From contig OX597817.1 in the NCBI GenBank assembly GCA_951406725.2, positions 91,388,001 to 91,452,000 of the forward strand: DNA of 64,000 nt. Direction: 5' to 3'. The stretch is from Octopus vulgaris (lineage: Eukaryota). The translations under genes were made by a program, and so were the position numbers. Of the stretch, positions 51,601 to 64,000 are shown in pieces (within the stretch, counting starts at the first letter, position 1; the number at the start of each line of letters is the position of its first letter). Under the pieces are notes generated by a model, which had not been told where the DNA came from, did no database searches, and saw only the letters and a program-made list of their open reading frames with translations.

Positions 51601-52269
51601 AAATTTCTCCTCCTAGTCATTTCAGGGTGGATAAAATAACTACCAGTTGAACAGTGGGGTCAATGTAATTGATTTACTCCCTCTCCTGAAATTGATGGCC
51701 TTTTGTCAAAATTTGAAATCAATATATTTACTTCCATGGTTGCTCCACCTGGCAAAAACAGCAGGCTATTGACTTAACATAAGAAAAGCAGATGTGAAAA
51801 TGTTGACTTTGATGTACTATCTAAATAAATGATTGGATCATCATGGTTAGAACATCTTTGAAGAGAAGTCTGCTGTATCAGGGTTCACCTGGAGTTAAAC
51901 AAGAACAACAAACCCCATTTCTATATGGAACATAGTGAGGCAGCTTGTACATGGTCATGTGGCTTGCCAGAAAGAGTAGCCGCGCTTTTCTCAAGTCATA
52001 CCCTTGTGTCATAAAAAAGGGCAAATTGGATTTCCCATGTTAGTAAGGTGAGGGATGGCATGTGAGGTAAGATTTTTATGGTCAGGTACTTTTTCTGTTG
52101 CCAAATTAATTTTTGGATCATGCTTATACAATTAAAGTTTCTTTAGATAATCTTAGAGTTTTTTTTTGTGGAATTCACTACAGGATAGTACTCCTCTAAA
52201 CTAATGTTTTTTTTTATTGTGTCATGAAGTTTACAACATTTATTCTTACACAAAATTTACATCCTCAGC

Positions 52270-52445
52270 AGTTTGGAGAGAGGGGCTTAGTCCATTAAAT
52301 CAACCCCAGTACTCAGCTGGTATTTATTTTATTAACCTTGAAAGGATGAAAACAAGTTTGACCCCAGAGGAATTTGAACTCAGAACATAAAGACGGACAA
52401 AATGCTGTGAAGTATTTCACTTAGCATCCTACTGATACTGCCTGC
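52270..52445 (-). mobile_element. Meta-like SINE
   Basis: ccccagtactcagctggtatttatttt...gaaaggatgaaa...atttgaactcagaac. Confidence 0.7.
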
Positions 52446-52954
52446 TCTGATTTTATTTATATTTTATACTCGCTGGGTGAAGGATGTTCGAAGGTTAGCA
52501 GGTTTGTGGTAACAGTTCTATCTACCATCTTTGTTTTCTTCATTCCCTTTGACTTAGCCTGACTGATCCCCTCACATGGAAGTCTTAAGCAGCTATACCT
52601 TGAATCATTAATTTTACACAAACATTTTATACATCCATGAGAGCGTATATGGGGGTGGGGAGCATGGATGTTGATTATTCTGCACTTGTCACTGATTGAG
52701 TGAAGTAATGCTGATGCTGACATTTCTTGTTCACTTATTACTGTCACTCTTAAAGACAAAACAAAAATAAATCCCTGACTTGAAAACAGGCAAGGGTTGG
52801 TGAAAAGAAGAGCATTTGGCTATAAAATCTAGCCTCAAATAACTCCATGTCCAAACCCATTTTAGCATAGTAAAAATGAACATCAAATGGATGAAGGAAT
52901 GTGTGTATGTATGTATGAGTGTGTGTGAGTGTGGGCATACATACATACACACGC

Positions 52955-53785
52955 ACACAATATTTACTTTTTGCTTCATGCCAACCAAAGCACATGAGAG
53001 TCAATATCCTGTACAATCAAGCAAAAAAGGTTATGCACTATTATATCAAATGTGAGCACCTGAAAGAAAATGCTAAATGAGCTAAAAGATAGCCTAATTA
53101 GCAGATATTATCCACCATCATTAATTCATAATGCAATCAAAAGAGCAGAAGAAATTGATATCAGTGATTTAAGAATTGTGAAAACCAAAATAGAAACAAA
53201 TGTTTTACTGTACATCTTAATCCATAGCCAAATGAATACTGAGGTGTTTATTGCAATTAAGTAAAATTTACCTGTTAAAACATGATCTTAGAATGAGGAG
53301 AAACTTAGACAAAATACAATAAACAGTAAAAAATATTCTCATTCATTAAAAAAACATTTAACAAGTGCCCAACTACCAACTAACATTACCCAATAGTTAA
53401 AAAATATAGAAGTTCAAGTTGTTGAATATATCTATATGCCTAAAGGCTCTGTGTTCTGCTTCAAAAATAGACAAATTTTAAATAAACTTTCTATGCCTTT
53501 TGGAAAACTTAATTTATGTCTTAACATGCATTGGGTGTGGCAAGAATTATATTGCCCAAACAAGTATGTCACTCAGAAAAAGCAAGACAGTTCACCTGGA
53601 AGAACTACATGATCTGAACAATAGAAGAATTTGACTCTGCATTTAGATAGATGTGCAGGAACTCAGCAACCAGATTTTAAACTGTTCCTACTACATCATC
53701 ATGCAGAAAATATGATAGAACAACAAAGTATCAAGAAAGAAATTTTTTTAATAGTAAAATATAAACCAAGTTTAAATTATTAACT
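52955..53785 (+). mobile_element. Penelope-like element 3' fragment (RT thumb + GIY-YIG)
   Basis: QYLLFASCQPKH, LNELKDSLISRYYPPSLI..AIKRA, ENLIYVLTCIGCGKNYIAQTSMSLRK..TVH, KYKPSLN*. Confidence 0.8.
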
Positions 53786-54384
53786 AAATGCTGACACTCA
53801 TTTTTAATTCATTTCCTAATATTTATGAGATATATTTTCCCTTTATATTTTTGAAGTATAAAAATTTATATTCCTACTTAATCTGGATGTAATAACATAA
53901 AATGTTACTCCACTTGTTGCCTAGTGAATCTACAATGTGGCTACATTTGTTAAATGCATTATATATTAAAGGAAGGCAAGTAGCAAGCCATTATACAAAT
54001 ACATTGCAATGAATATCTTCCGTAAGAAGTAAAACCGGTTTGAAAACATGCACCTTGTTGTATTTTTATAATTATGGACTCCAAAATTATTTGAATGTAC
54101 ATTGGAATCTATAATCTAGAAATGAGTTGATTGTAGTAATATATTTTGTATATGAGATGACATTTTGGAATATGCAATAATGTCTTTGGAAATAATTTGT
54201 CAGTGACAATCTGTTTTTCAATGCATATTATCATATCTTGAAATTATTTGACTGTCATAATATATTTTGGAATTAATTCACTGCCATATAAAAAGAAAAA
54301 TGCATTTTCTTTTCCTTTTTCTTCTTATTTTTCCATATTTCTTGGCTTATGTGAAATATTTTTAATGTTTTATATATATATATA

Positions 54385-54430
<46 letters not shown>

Positions 54431-54790
54431 CAGAAATTTTGCTTGTCCCTCAGTTTTCATCAACTTGTATTTTCAGTAAAACGGTGGCTTATTTGAGTAT
54501 TTTTTTACTCTTATTTCTAGCAATGCTGATACTTCCTGTACCCATATTTTTTATTAATGATTAATTATGAATTTATAAATTTGCCTTTTTGGCTTTAATG
54601 TTTGCTGCCTACTTATATTATTTTTGTTATTATTTATTAATAATAATATTTTCATTTATGTATAATTATACATTGATGTTGTTTGAATTTAGTACTGGTC
54701 TTTCAATGATCTTGACAGGCATGACGAAGTGAGTATAAATTTAACACATGGCTAACAGTGAGATCTACTGATGAAAACTAAGGAAAATAT

Positions 54791-55782
54791 CTCAAAGTCA
54801 AAATATATATATTTATTAAATATATTTTCATTTATCTATTATCAGAAAGGTTAAGTTGTTAAAGTTATGTTATGGAAAGTTTAATATCTAAAAGTGATCA
54901 GTTAAGAGATCAAATAAAAAGAAAAGTTGAAATGAGAGAATGAAGAGAAAAAATAAAATGTAATATAATGAAATAAAATGTAGTAGAATATACGGGAGCA
55001 TATATTGGGCATTTGTTATAATGTAACATGATGTTTGTAATTATTAATTATTAACTAAATAAATAAGTAAATTGGAGATCATTTCATTATATGCAGGAAC
55101 AGCATATTATGTTATATATGAAGAAAAAATGCAGTATTTGTATTTATTATTAATTTTTTTGCTAAGGCAGATTAGAAATATTTAGTAGTTAATACAAGTG
55201 TTGATATTTAAAGATACTTTAACAAATATGAATTATATCATAATTTAATTTACTCTGTAAAAGTAAAAAAGAAATAACGCATATGCTAGGAATTTATACA
55301 TAAAGAGATGTTATTTATATGTGTTACAAAAGAAATAAAATTGAAGGATTGTTGGAATATAATCATTTATATATATTTTGTACATGTTAGAAATAAGCAT
55401 ATTTAGGCGAGTGATATATTTTATATTGAATAAGATTATAGATATAAATGCTGGTTCTAATAAAGATCTAATTAATTCAGTTTCAAATTTAGTAAAAATA
55501 TTTATGGTTAATGAGGAACCTAACAGTTAGGGATATTAATGATTAAAGAATGATTAATGACATTCATAAAATAGATATTTAGAAATGTGTAACATTTTAT
55601 TTCATTATATTACATTTTATTTTTTATCTTCACTCCCTCTCTTTCAGCTTTTCTTTTTATTTGACCTCTTAACTGATCAATCTAGATATTAAACTTCCCA
55701 TAACATAACTCTAACAACTTAACCTTTCTGATAATAGATTAATGAAAATACATTTAATAAATATATATATTTTGACTGTGAG
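54791..55782. repeat. Inverted repeat, ~190-bp arms (54791-54981 / 55592-55782) around a ~610-bp AT-rich spacer
   Basis: ctcaaagtcaaaatatatat...atcagaaaggttaagttgtt...tgatcagttaagag...aataaaatgt and its reverse complement. Confidence 0.9.
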
Positions 55783-55805
55783 TATATATATATATATATA
55801 CACTG

Positions 55806-56352
<547 letters not shown>

Positions 56353-56648
56353 TTTATATATATATATTGTGTGTATATGTGTAAATGCATATGCATATAC
56401 ATTGAAGTATGTATGTGTGTGTGTGTATATATATATATACATACTTATATATATATGTATATATATATATATACAAATGTAGAAATACATAGATATGAAT
56501 ACATACATTTTATATATTCATGAATAAGGGTTCACATATATATATACATATATATACATACATAAATATATATATGCATATATGTATGTATATAAATGTA
56601 TATATATATATATATATGTATATATATGTATATATATGTATATGTATA

Positions 56649-56690
<42 letters not shown>

Positions 56691-56837
56691 TAATCCAAAC
56701 AAGAAAACAAAAAAAAACACAACATAGGAGAAGGAAAGATCCCGAGAAGGGAAGACAGAGGAAAAAAAAAATCGCCGGTGATATATATATATATATATAT
56801 GCATGTATATATATGTGTATCTATCTATCTATCTTTC

Positions 56838-56868
<31 letters not shown>

Positions 56869-56922
56869 ATTTATATATATGTGTGTGTGTGTGTGTCTAT
56901 ATATAATATATACACATATATA

Positions 56923-58200
56923 TTGGGTCATCCCATAAATAATGCAGTTATTTTTTATTATAGTTCTTTTATTTTCAAAATTTAGATAAACAAAGTTCTT
57001 TTTAAATCTAAAATATACTCTCCTTCTTTTTCTACAATACTTTTCCATCTATCTGGTAGACTTGCAAAGCTCCTCTTTCAAAATTCACTTGTCCATGATG
57101 AAAAATATTCCTCCAGTACTGTTTTGCCCTTGTCTACAGAATTCATATTTTTTCCATCCAAATGATTTTGAAGACTGCATAGTAAATGACAATCAGATGG
57201 AGCAATGTCTGACATATATGATGGGTGAGGCATCGTTTCCCATTCCAATTACTCCAGGCTTTGGAAGGTTATCCTCGCTGTATGTGGCCAAGTATTATCC
57301 TGATGGAAGGACACCTTTTGTCTTGAAACTAAAAACGGTCATTTTTCTTCTAGCACTGATTTAAACCACTCAAGTTGCTCACAGTAGATCTTGTTTGTTA
57401 TCATTTGGTTTGGGTTTAAAAGATCAAAGTGGAGTAAACCTTTCCTATCCCACAAAACAAATAGCAACACCTTATGTGGATGAAGACTTTCTTTAGCATG
57501 GGATGATGGTGTTTCTCCTTTCCATACTCTCTGTTTTCGACACTTAACATTTTTAAAAAGAACTCATTTCTCATCACCAGTCACTATTTAGCCAAAAAAA
57601 AAGGTTCATTCATGAGAGGTGACAGCAAAGATGAGCACACATTCACTCACTGCATGTGATTAGACTCGGAAAAATTGTAAGGAACCCATTGACCTAATTT
57701 GCTAACTTTTCTAATGGCACGCAGGTATCGATGAATGGTTAAATGACTAAATCCAAGCTTCTCTGCTAGTTCCTCAACAATTATGATGAGATTTTGTTCC
57801 ACCAGGGTTTGCTAGACATCCTTGTCGAGCTCCACAGATCTTCTAGGATTAGGCTCATCTTCTAGGCTGTAGTTTCTGGCTTGGAATTTCTGGAACCACC
57901 GTTGACACTAAGTTATGCTTATTGTCTGACCTCCATATTAATATCAATATTCCTTGCACTTTCTGTCATGTTGTTGCCTTTATTGAACACATAAAACAAA
58001 ATATTCTGAATTTGCTCCTTTGCGCTTCCATTATAGATTTGAAAAAATAACTGCACTCTTCAAAACTTCTACAAAGAATAAGGACAAGATAAAATTGCTA
58101 CATGCTTTTATAGCAAGTTGACGCAAGTAGTTTATCCCATTCCCCTCTGACTTATAATTCATACATTTGAAAAAACCACATTATTTATGGAATGACCCAA
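56923..58200 (-). mobile_element. mariner transposon, both TIRs present, transposase pseudogenized
   Basis: TIRs ttgggtcatcccataaataatg / cattatttatggaatgacccaa; ~1.28 kb; ATG at ~58031 (MEAQKEQIQNILF); IVTGDEK. Confidence 0.88.
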
Positions 58201-58201
58201 G

Positions 58202-58235
<34 letters not shown>

Positions 58236-58236
<1 letters not shown>

Positions 58237-61200
58237 AAGACACCTCCATGTGCTACATATTAATTCATCGAGCAGCGATGTCCGAAGCTAGATAAGCTAA
58301 TAATTCCTCATTTCACTTCTTGACCACTCGTACTACATTCGCCACTAACACTTAAAATGTATTATCTATTTACTAATCTGCTTGTTGTTTCTTTTCGTGA
58401 GCTAAGCTGTTGATATTGTCTCCCAAAATATAATCTTTTCATTTTTAGTCCTATCTCGTAATAATTCGTTCCTATGTGCTGATAATTTCTTTCTTTCTTT
58501 CCTTCTTTCTTTCTCTACTTTGTTCCTTTCTCCATATTATATTGTCCTTTGCTCGCTCTCTACGATAATTTGTCCATTGTCTATGACATTGTTTCTTCAA
58601 ACCCCGTTTGCCTAATTCTTCTCTTTCCATATATCTGCCACTCTCTCCTGAATCAAAACTTCGCCATTCGCGGTGCAATGCCATTCGCGGTGCACCCGCC
58701 CTTTCCCACCCCCACCACCAATACCGGATATCTCTCTATATATTTACTCCATCTATACCGGATATCCCTTCTCCCACCACCATTATGTGTGTCTACTCCT
58801 CGAACCCCTCCTCCTCAATACGCTATTTCACTATGTATTACCCCTGCTTATCTTCCCCTCCTTCCAGTCCCCCCCTCTCGTGATATCCTACGTTTAATTT
58901 TGTCTAGATCCTGCCACCACCCCTACTTGTCATCGTTTCTCCTAACACCCCTCCCCATTGGTGCTCCCCTATATTACCTGCACTCTCTCCCCCATTTCCT
59001 CCCCCCACTCTCTCTCTTCTCCCTGCTGGAACCCCCCACCCCACCCCCAGCCCATCTCTAGAATATCCATGTTTCTGCTACACTGCTTAAACTACGTTGC
59101 TCAATGACCATAATGCTTGCTTAGAATACTACTAACACCTAGAATTTCAGTATTTCTACCACAGAGCTTACATCTACATCATCAATGACCTTAATGCTTA
59201 TGCTTACAATGCTGCTAACACCAGGCCAGAACCTTAACATGCCTAAATGCTTGAATGTTGTCAGGTCAGAAGAGAGATCAGACGAAAAATGCCTAAAAAA
59301 CGATCACCACCACAACAACCCTCTTCTTTTCAGGCGCTGAATTGCACCCCTCCTCCCCACATCTCCTTCCCAGTTTTCAGAGTTGGCACTGTCAATGCTG
59401 GTACACTGAAAGGTAGGTCTAGTGAGCTTGTAGAGATGCTTGAGAGAAGATGGGTTGATGTATGCTGCATACAAGAGGTAAGATGGAGAGGTGCTTCAGC
59501 TAGGGTCCTCACAGGCAAGGCACATAGGTATAAAGTCTTCTGGCAAGGTAACATGGATGGGGTAGGGGGTGTAGGCATTCTCCTTGCGGAGAAATGGGTG
59601 GATAAGGTCATAGAGGTTGTCAGGGTTTGCAATAGAGTGCTTAAGCTCAGGTTGGTCCTACAGAGTGGCACAGCTACGATTATCTCCGCCTATGTCCCAC
59701 ATGCGGGGCTACCAAATGATCAGAAGGACCACTTTTATGATACCCTTCTACAAGCTACCTCAAAGACTAGTGGCAAGGACCTCATCTTTGTGGGTGGAGA
59801 CTTTAATGGGCATGTTGGGCGGGAATCGGGTATCTTCACTAGGGTACCCGGTGGCCATGGTATTGGCACCAGAAATGATGAGGGAACTAGACTACTGGAA
59901 TTCTGTGATGCATGTAACCTTTTAATCTGCAACACTAACTTCAGGAAGCCACCTTATAACTTATCAGTCAGGAGACTCCGCTAGCCAAATAGACTTCATC
60001 CTCACCAGACAGCGGGATGCAGGGTTGCTCTTAAATACAAAGACCCTCTCGGGTGAAGAATGTATCCCTCAGCATAGGCTAATCATTAGTGACTTTAGGC
60101 TTGAGGCCAGAAGGACTCCAAGAAACAGACCAATCCAGAAAAGAAGGATTTGGAAGCTAAAGAACCTTTCACATGGTCAGAGATTTAGGGACATCCTCAT
60201 CAAGAAATTTGATGAGAGGGAGGAGGAGCTACAGATATCGGACATAGAAGGTAGCTGGAAATTCCTACGGGACAGCTTGCTGAGTGCCACAGACCAAGTC
60301 TGTGGATGGTGCAAAGTCCCTTCCAGACCTAGAGTTACGTGGTGGTGGAATAGTGCAGTAGACAAAGCCATTAGTGCAAAGAAACAGGCCTAGAGAGCCT
60401 GGAGGGATGGGGGTAGTAGGGAACTGTACCAAGTAGCCAAAAGGGAGGCCGGGTGGCAGGTATATATAGCCAAAGATATAGCAGAAAAGAAGAAGTTTGC
60501 CAATGTCCAGCGACGTAAGGACCAAAGAACTGAGGTATTTCGGATTACTAGACAGTGTGTGAGAGAAAATAGTGATGTTACAGGAGAGAAATGTGTCCGC
60601 ATGGATGATGGGGCACTTGCTTTTAATGTTGGTGAAAAGAAAGAGGCTTGGAGAAGCCATTATGAAAGACTGCTGAATGTGGAGAATGAATGGGAGGAGG
60701 AGAGCCTGCCAAATGTTGACCCAGTAGAGGGACCAGCTATCCAAATAGACAGCTCCCTTGTAGTTAAGGCAATTAAGGGTATGAAACCAGGTAAAGCCCC
60801 CGGCCCATCAGGTATCACTGCTGAGATGCTTAAAACAGCTGGTTATGTGGGCTATGGCCTAGTCACCCGTATTGTAAACCAGGTAGTTCATAATGGAGTC
60901 ATACCCAATGACTGGCGTAGCAGCACCATAGTCAACTGCTACAAGGGTAAGGGTGATACTCTAGATAGAAATAACTACAGGGGTATTAAACTGTTGGATC
61001 AGGTGATGAAGGTCACAGAGAGGGTCATAACCCATCTCATTAGGGAGAGAATTTGCTTAGATGAGATGCAGTTCGGTTTTGTGCCGGGTAGAAGCACCAC
61101 TGATGCTATATTCCTAGTCCGACAACTGCAGGAGAAGTACCTAGCTAAAGATAAACCCCTCTACATAGCTTTTGTGGACTTGGAGAAAGCCTTTGACAGG

Positions 61201-62926
61201 GTCCCCAATCCATTATCTGGTGGTCGATGCGGAAACTGGAGATTGATGAATGGCTAATAAGGGCTGTACAGGCCCTATACAGAGAGGCTGTCAGCAAGGT
61301 TAGGATTGGCAACGAATATAGTGAAGAATTCCGGTTAGAAGTAGGTGTACACCAAGGTTCAGCCCTCAGTCCCCTTTTATTCATTATAGTCCTCCAGACA
61401 ATAACAGAGGAATTCAAAACAGGTTGCCCCTGGGAGCTCCTCTATGCTGATGAGCTGGCTCTCATAGCAGAATCACTACCGGAACTAGAAAAGAAATTTC
61501 GAGCGTGGAAACAAGGGTTAGAATCAAAGGGCCTTAGAGTAAATGTAGCAAAGACCAAAGTTATAGTAAGCAGAAAGGCAAACTCAGCACACACCCCATC
61601 GGGCAGGTGGCCCTGCTCGATCTGTAGGAAAGGTGTAGGTAGAAACTCCATAAGATGCACCCAGTGTAAGCTATGGACGCACAAGAGGTGCAGCAACATC
61701 AAAGGGAAATTAACTGATAAGATAGCTTTCATGTGCGGTAGATGCACAGGGACAATAGACACCACAAATACTCAGAAAACAGATTCCATCACACTCCAGG
61801 GGGAGAAACTAGAAGTAGTTGATAGTTTCCGCTACCTGGGTGACCAAGTTAGTAGTGGAGGTGGATGCTCAGAGAGTGTCACCACTAGAATATGAATAGC
61901 CTGGGCAAAGTTTAGAAAGCTCCTACCCCTACTGGCAACAAAGGGTCTCTCACTCAGAGTGAAAGGTAGATTGTATGATGCATGTGTGTGAACTGCCATG
62001 CTTCATGGTAGTGAAACATAGGCCGTGACTGCAGAGGACATGCGTAGACTTGAAAGAAATGAAGCTAGCATGATCCGCTGGATGTGTAATGTCAGTGTGA
62101 ATGCACGACAGAGTGTAAGCACCCTGAGAGAAATGCTGGACATAAGAAGCATCAGATGTGGTGTGCAAGAGCGACGCTTGTGATGGTATGGTCATGTACT
62201 GCGGATGGATGAGGAGAGATGTGTGAAGAAGTGCCGCACCCAAACAGTTGAAGGAATCAGGGGGAGAGGTAGACCCAGGAAGACATGGGATGAGGTAGTC
62301 AAGCATGACCTCATAGCTTTAGGCCTCACTGAGGCAATGGTGAAGGACCGAGATCTCTGGAGATGTCCTGTGACTGCAAAGACCCGGGATGCTTCCGGCA
62401 CCAGTTCCGCATAGCCCCTGCCCATTCAAAGTACCTTGGATCCCAGAACATCTCCCTGTGCTTGAGGAGACTTGTTGTGTCAAGTGCATGTACATGAACA
62501 TCGAAACAAATATCAATGGAAATAGTAGTTGTGATACCTGTGCCGGTGGCACATAAAAAGCACCATCCGAACGTGGCCGTTGCCAGCGCCACCTCGACTG
62601 GCTTCTGTGCCGGTGGCACATAAAAAGCACCATCCGAACATGGCCGATGCCAGCGCTGCCTTGGCTGGCTTCCGTGCCGGTGGCACATTAAAAGCACCAA
62701 CCGATCATGGCCGATGTCAGACCCTCCTGGCACCTGTGCAGGTGGCACGTAAAAAGCACCCACTACACTCGCAGAGTGGTTGGCGCTAGGAAGGGCATCC
62801 GGCTGTAGAAACACTGCCCGATCAGACTGGAGCCTGGTGCAGCCCCTGGCTTCCCAGAGCCCGGTCGAACCGTCCAACTCGTGCTAGCGTGGAAAACGGA
62901 CGTTAAACGATGATGATGATGATGAT
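58236..62926 (+). mobile_element. Full-length RTE LINE, PHD-in-RT family (5' boundary uncertain; coding region ~59247-62414)
   Basis: APE 59247-59984 and 60025-60393; RT 60559-61895 (NYRGIKLL, QFGF, DLEKAFD, QGSALSP, YADE, PHD 61614-61745, FRYLG); C-terminus 62205-62414; 3'UTR tandem repeats; tail gacgttaaacgatgatgat; (TA)n on both sides. Confidence 0.9.
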
Positions 62927-63132
62927 AATATATATATATATATATATATTTTGTTAAATCTTCGTCCAGCTCCATTTCTTCCTACACTAAATATATAAAA
63001 CTTCAAATTTCCGCACTAAGGCCCCATGTTCGTAACCTCAACCGTGCTTTTTCTGTTGTGATTTTTGCTACCTAGGTGTTGGTTATCATTTGAATAATCC
63101 GTAATAAGATAATTCATTTATCTACTTCAATA

Positions 63133-63164
<32 letters not shown>

Positions 63165-63199
63165 CACATTATTTTTATTATTCTTGTACAATAACGTCA

Positions 63200-63293
63200 T
63201 TGACACTGACTTTGAAGTTACAGCCAACTAAGCCTTCATTGGACTGTAGTTTTATGATGGCTTAGCAAGCTGAAACTTTGAAGTCACTGTCAA
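63200..63293. repeat. Imperfect ~94-nt hairpin/palindrome
   Basis: ttgacactgactttgaagttacagccaactaagcc...ggcttagcaagctgaaactttgaagtcactgtcaa. Confidence 0.75.
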
Positions 63294-63799
63294 CAATATT
63301 TCTGAAAAACAATGATAAATTTGTACTTCACAAAAGTACAGAGTAACCCATTAGATTAAAGTAAAACTGTTTTTATTAAAACAGAACTCAAAAACAAACA
63401 TTAATATACAAACAGAAAGACAGAAAGACATAAAATTCAGGGATCGAGGTGCAGGAAGAAAGTTAGCTTCAAGCAATCTGTAGTAAATATATAAAAACAA
63501 CTTTCAGGGACAATAGTGGTTTATTGAGACGGAAGGCTGTGAATTTTTTCTTCTTTTTTTTTTGCATATCGAAGTATGCTAAACTGAAAAAATGTTCATT
63601 TTATATTTCATGATCGGCAACCAGGGTTGCTGGGTGTGCGAATAAGATTACATGAGTTAAGGAATGGAGTAGATAAGATCTGGGCTACATATGTTTCATA
63701 GTGAGTGGAACCTCAGAAGTGGTAAATATCCAAGCGTGGTGTATAGTGCAGGCTACTCTTCAGGCCAAAGAGATCTTGATCCAAGTGGGGTGATTACCA

Positions 63800-64000
63800 C
63801 ACCTAAGAAGCATCAGATGTAGTGTGCAAGAGAGACGACTGCGCTGGTATGGTCATGTGGCGAGAATGGATGAGGATAGCTGTGTGTAAAAGTGCCTCAC
63901 CCTAGCAGGTGAGGGAACCTGTGGAAGAGGTAGACCCAGGAAGACCTGGGATGAAGTAGTGAAGCACGACCTTCAAACATTAGGCCTCACCGAGGCAATG
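63800..64000 (+). mobile_element. 5'-truncated RTE (same family) C-terminal fragment running off the window
   Basis: LRSIRCSVQERRLRWYGHVARMDEDSCV...GRGRPRKTWDEVVKHDLQTLGLTEAM. Confidence 0.88.

Noticed and set aside
54760-54800. ctgatga...gaaa as a hammerhead core
   Set aside because: No stem II pairing between the motifs and no consistent stem I/III.
56685-56780. Short purine-rich unique island between (TA)n tracts, possibly a Penelope terminal fragment
   Set aside because: Too short, and no diagnostic motif or second copy in the window supports a call.
58549-59061. 170-aa Pro/Leu-rich ORF as a possible LINE ORF1
   Set aside because: Reflects C/T-rich low-complexity sequence, has no domain motif, and has no counterpart upstream of the other two copies.
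62540-62760. Repeat-spacer-like array resembling CRISPR
   Set aside because: The linkers are homologous to each other, the array is inside a LINE 3'UTR in eukaryotic DNA, and there are no cas genes.

Overview
AT-rich, microsatellite-dense animal genomic DNA. The SINE/LINE repertoire resembles Octopus-type cephalopod genomes (inference from recalled repeat families, not a database match). No host protein-coding gene, rRNA, true tRNA gene or CRISPR array can be supported. The window is a mosaic of mostly decayed transposons: R4/Dong-clade LINEs with a restriction-like endonuclease (1-2734, ~28640-30260); several RTE-clade LINE families; Penelope-like fragments; a Gypsy pol remnant; Tc1, mariner and DD37D transposons; a hAT MITE; Helentron-like non-autonomous elements; and many tRNA-derived SINEs. 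The most striking system is an RTE family with five copies or fragments. It carries a C4HC3 PHD finger inserted inside the reverse transcriptase (seen in 3 copies), an identical TCTTTTCAG|G acceptor-like motif just before the endonuclease in 3 otherwise different 5' regions, and a 3'UTR made of four tandem hairpin modules. Other notable items are an (AAT)n-embedded ~555-bp non-coding retroposon, a degenerate Penelope-type hammerhead ribozyme, an in-frame Tx1/L1-ORF1-like to Gypsy-protease junction, an RTE with three C-terminal C2H2 fingers, and several long inverted repeats. All coordinates were read by eye, and boundaries of old elements are approximate.
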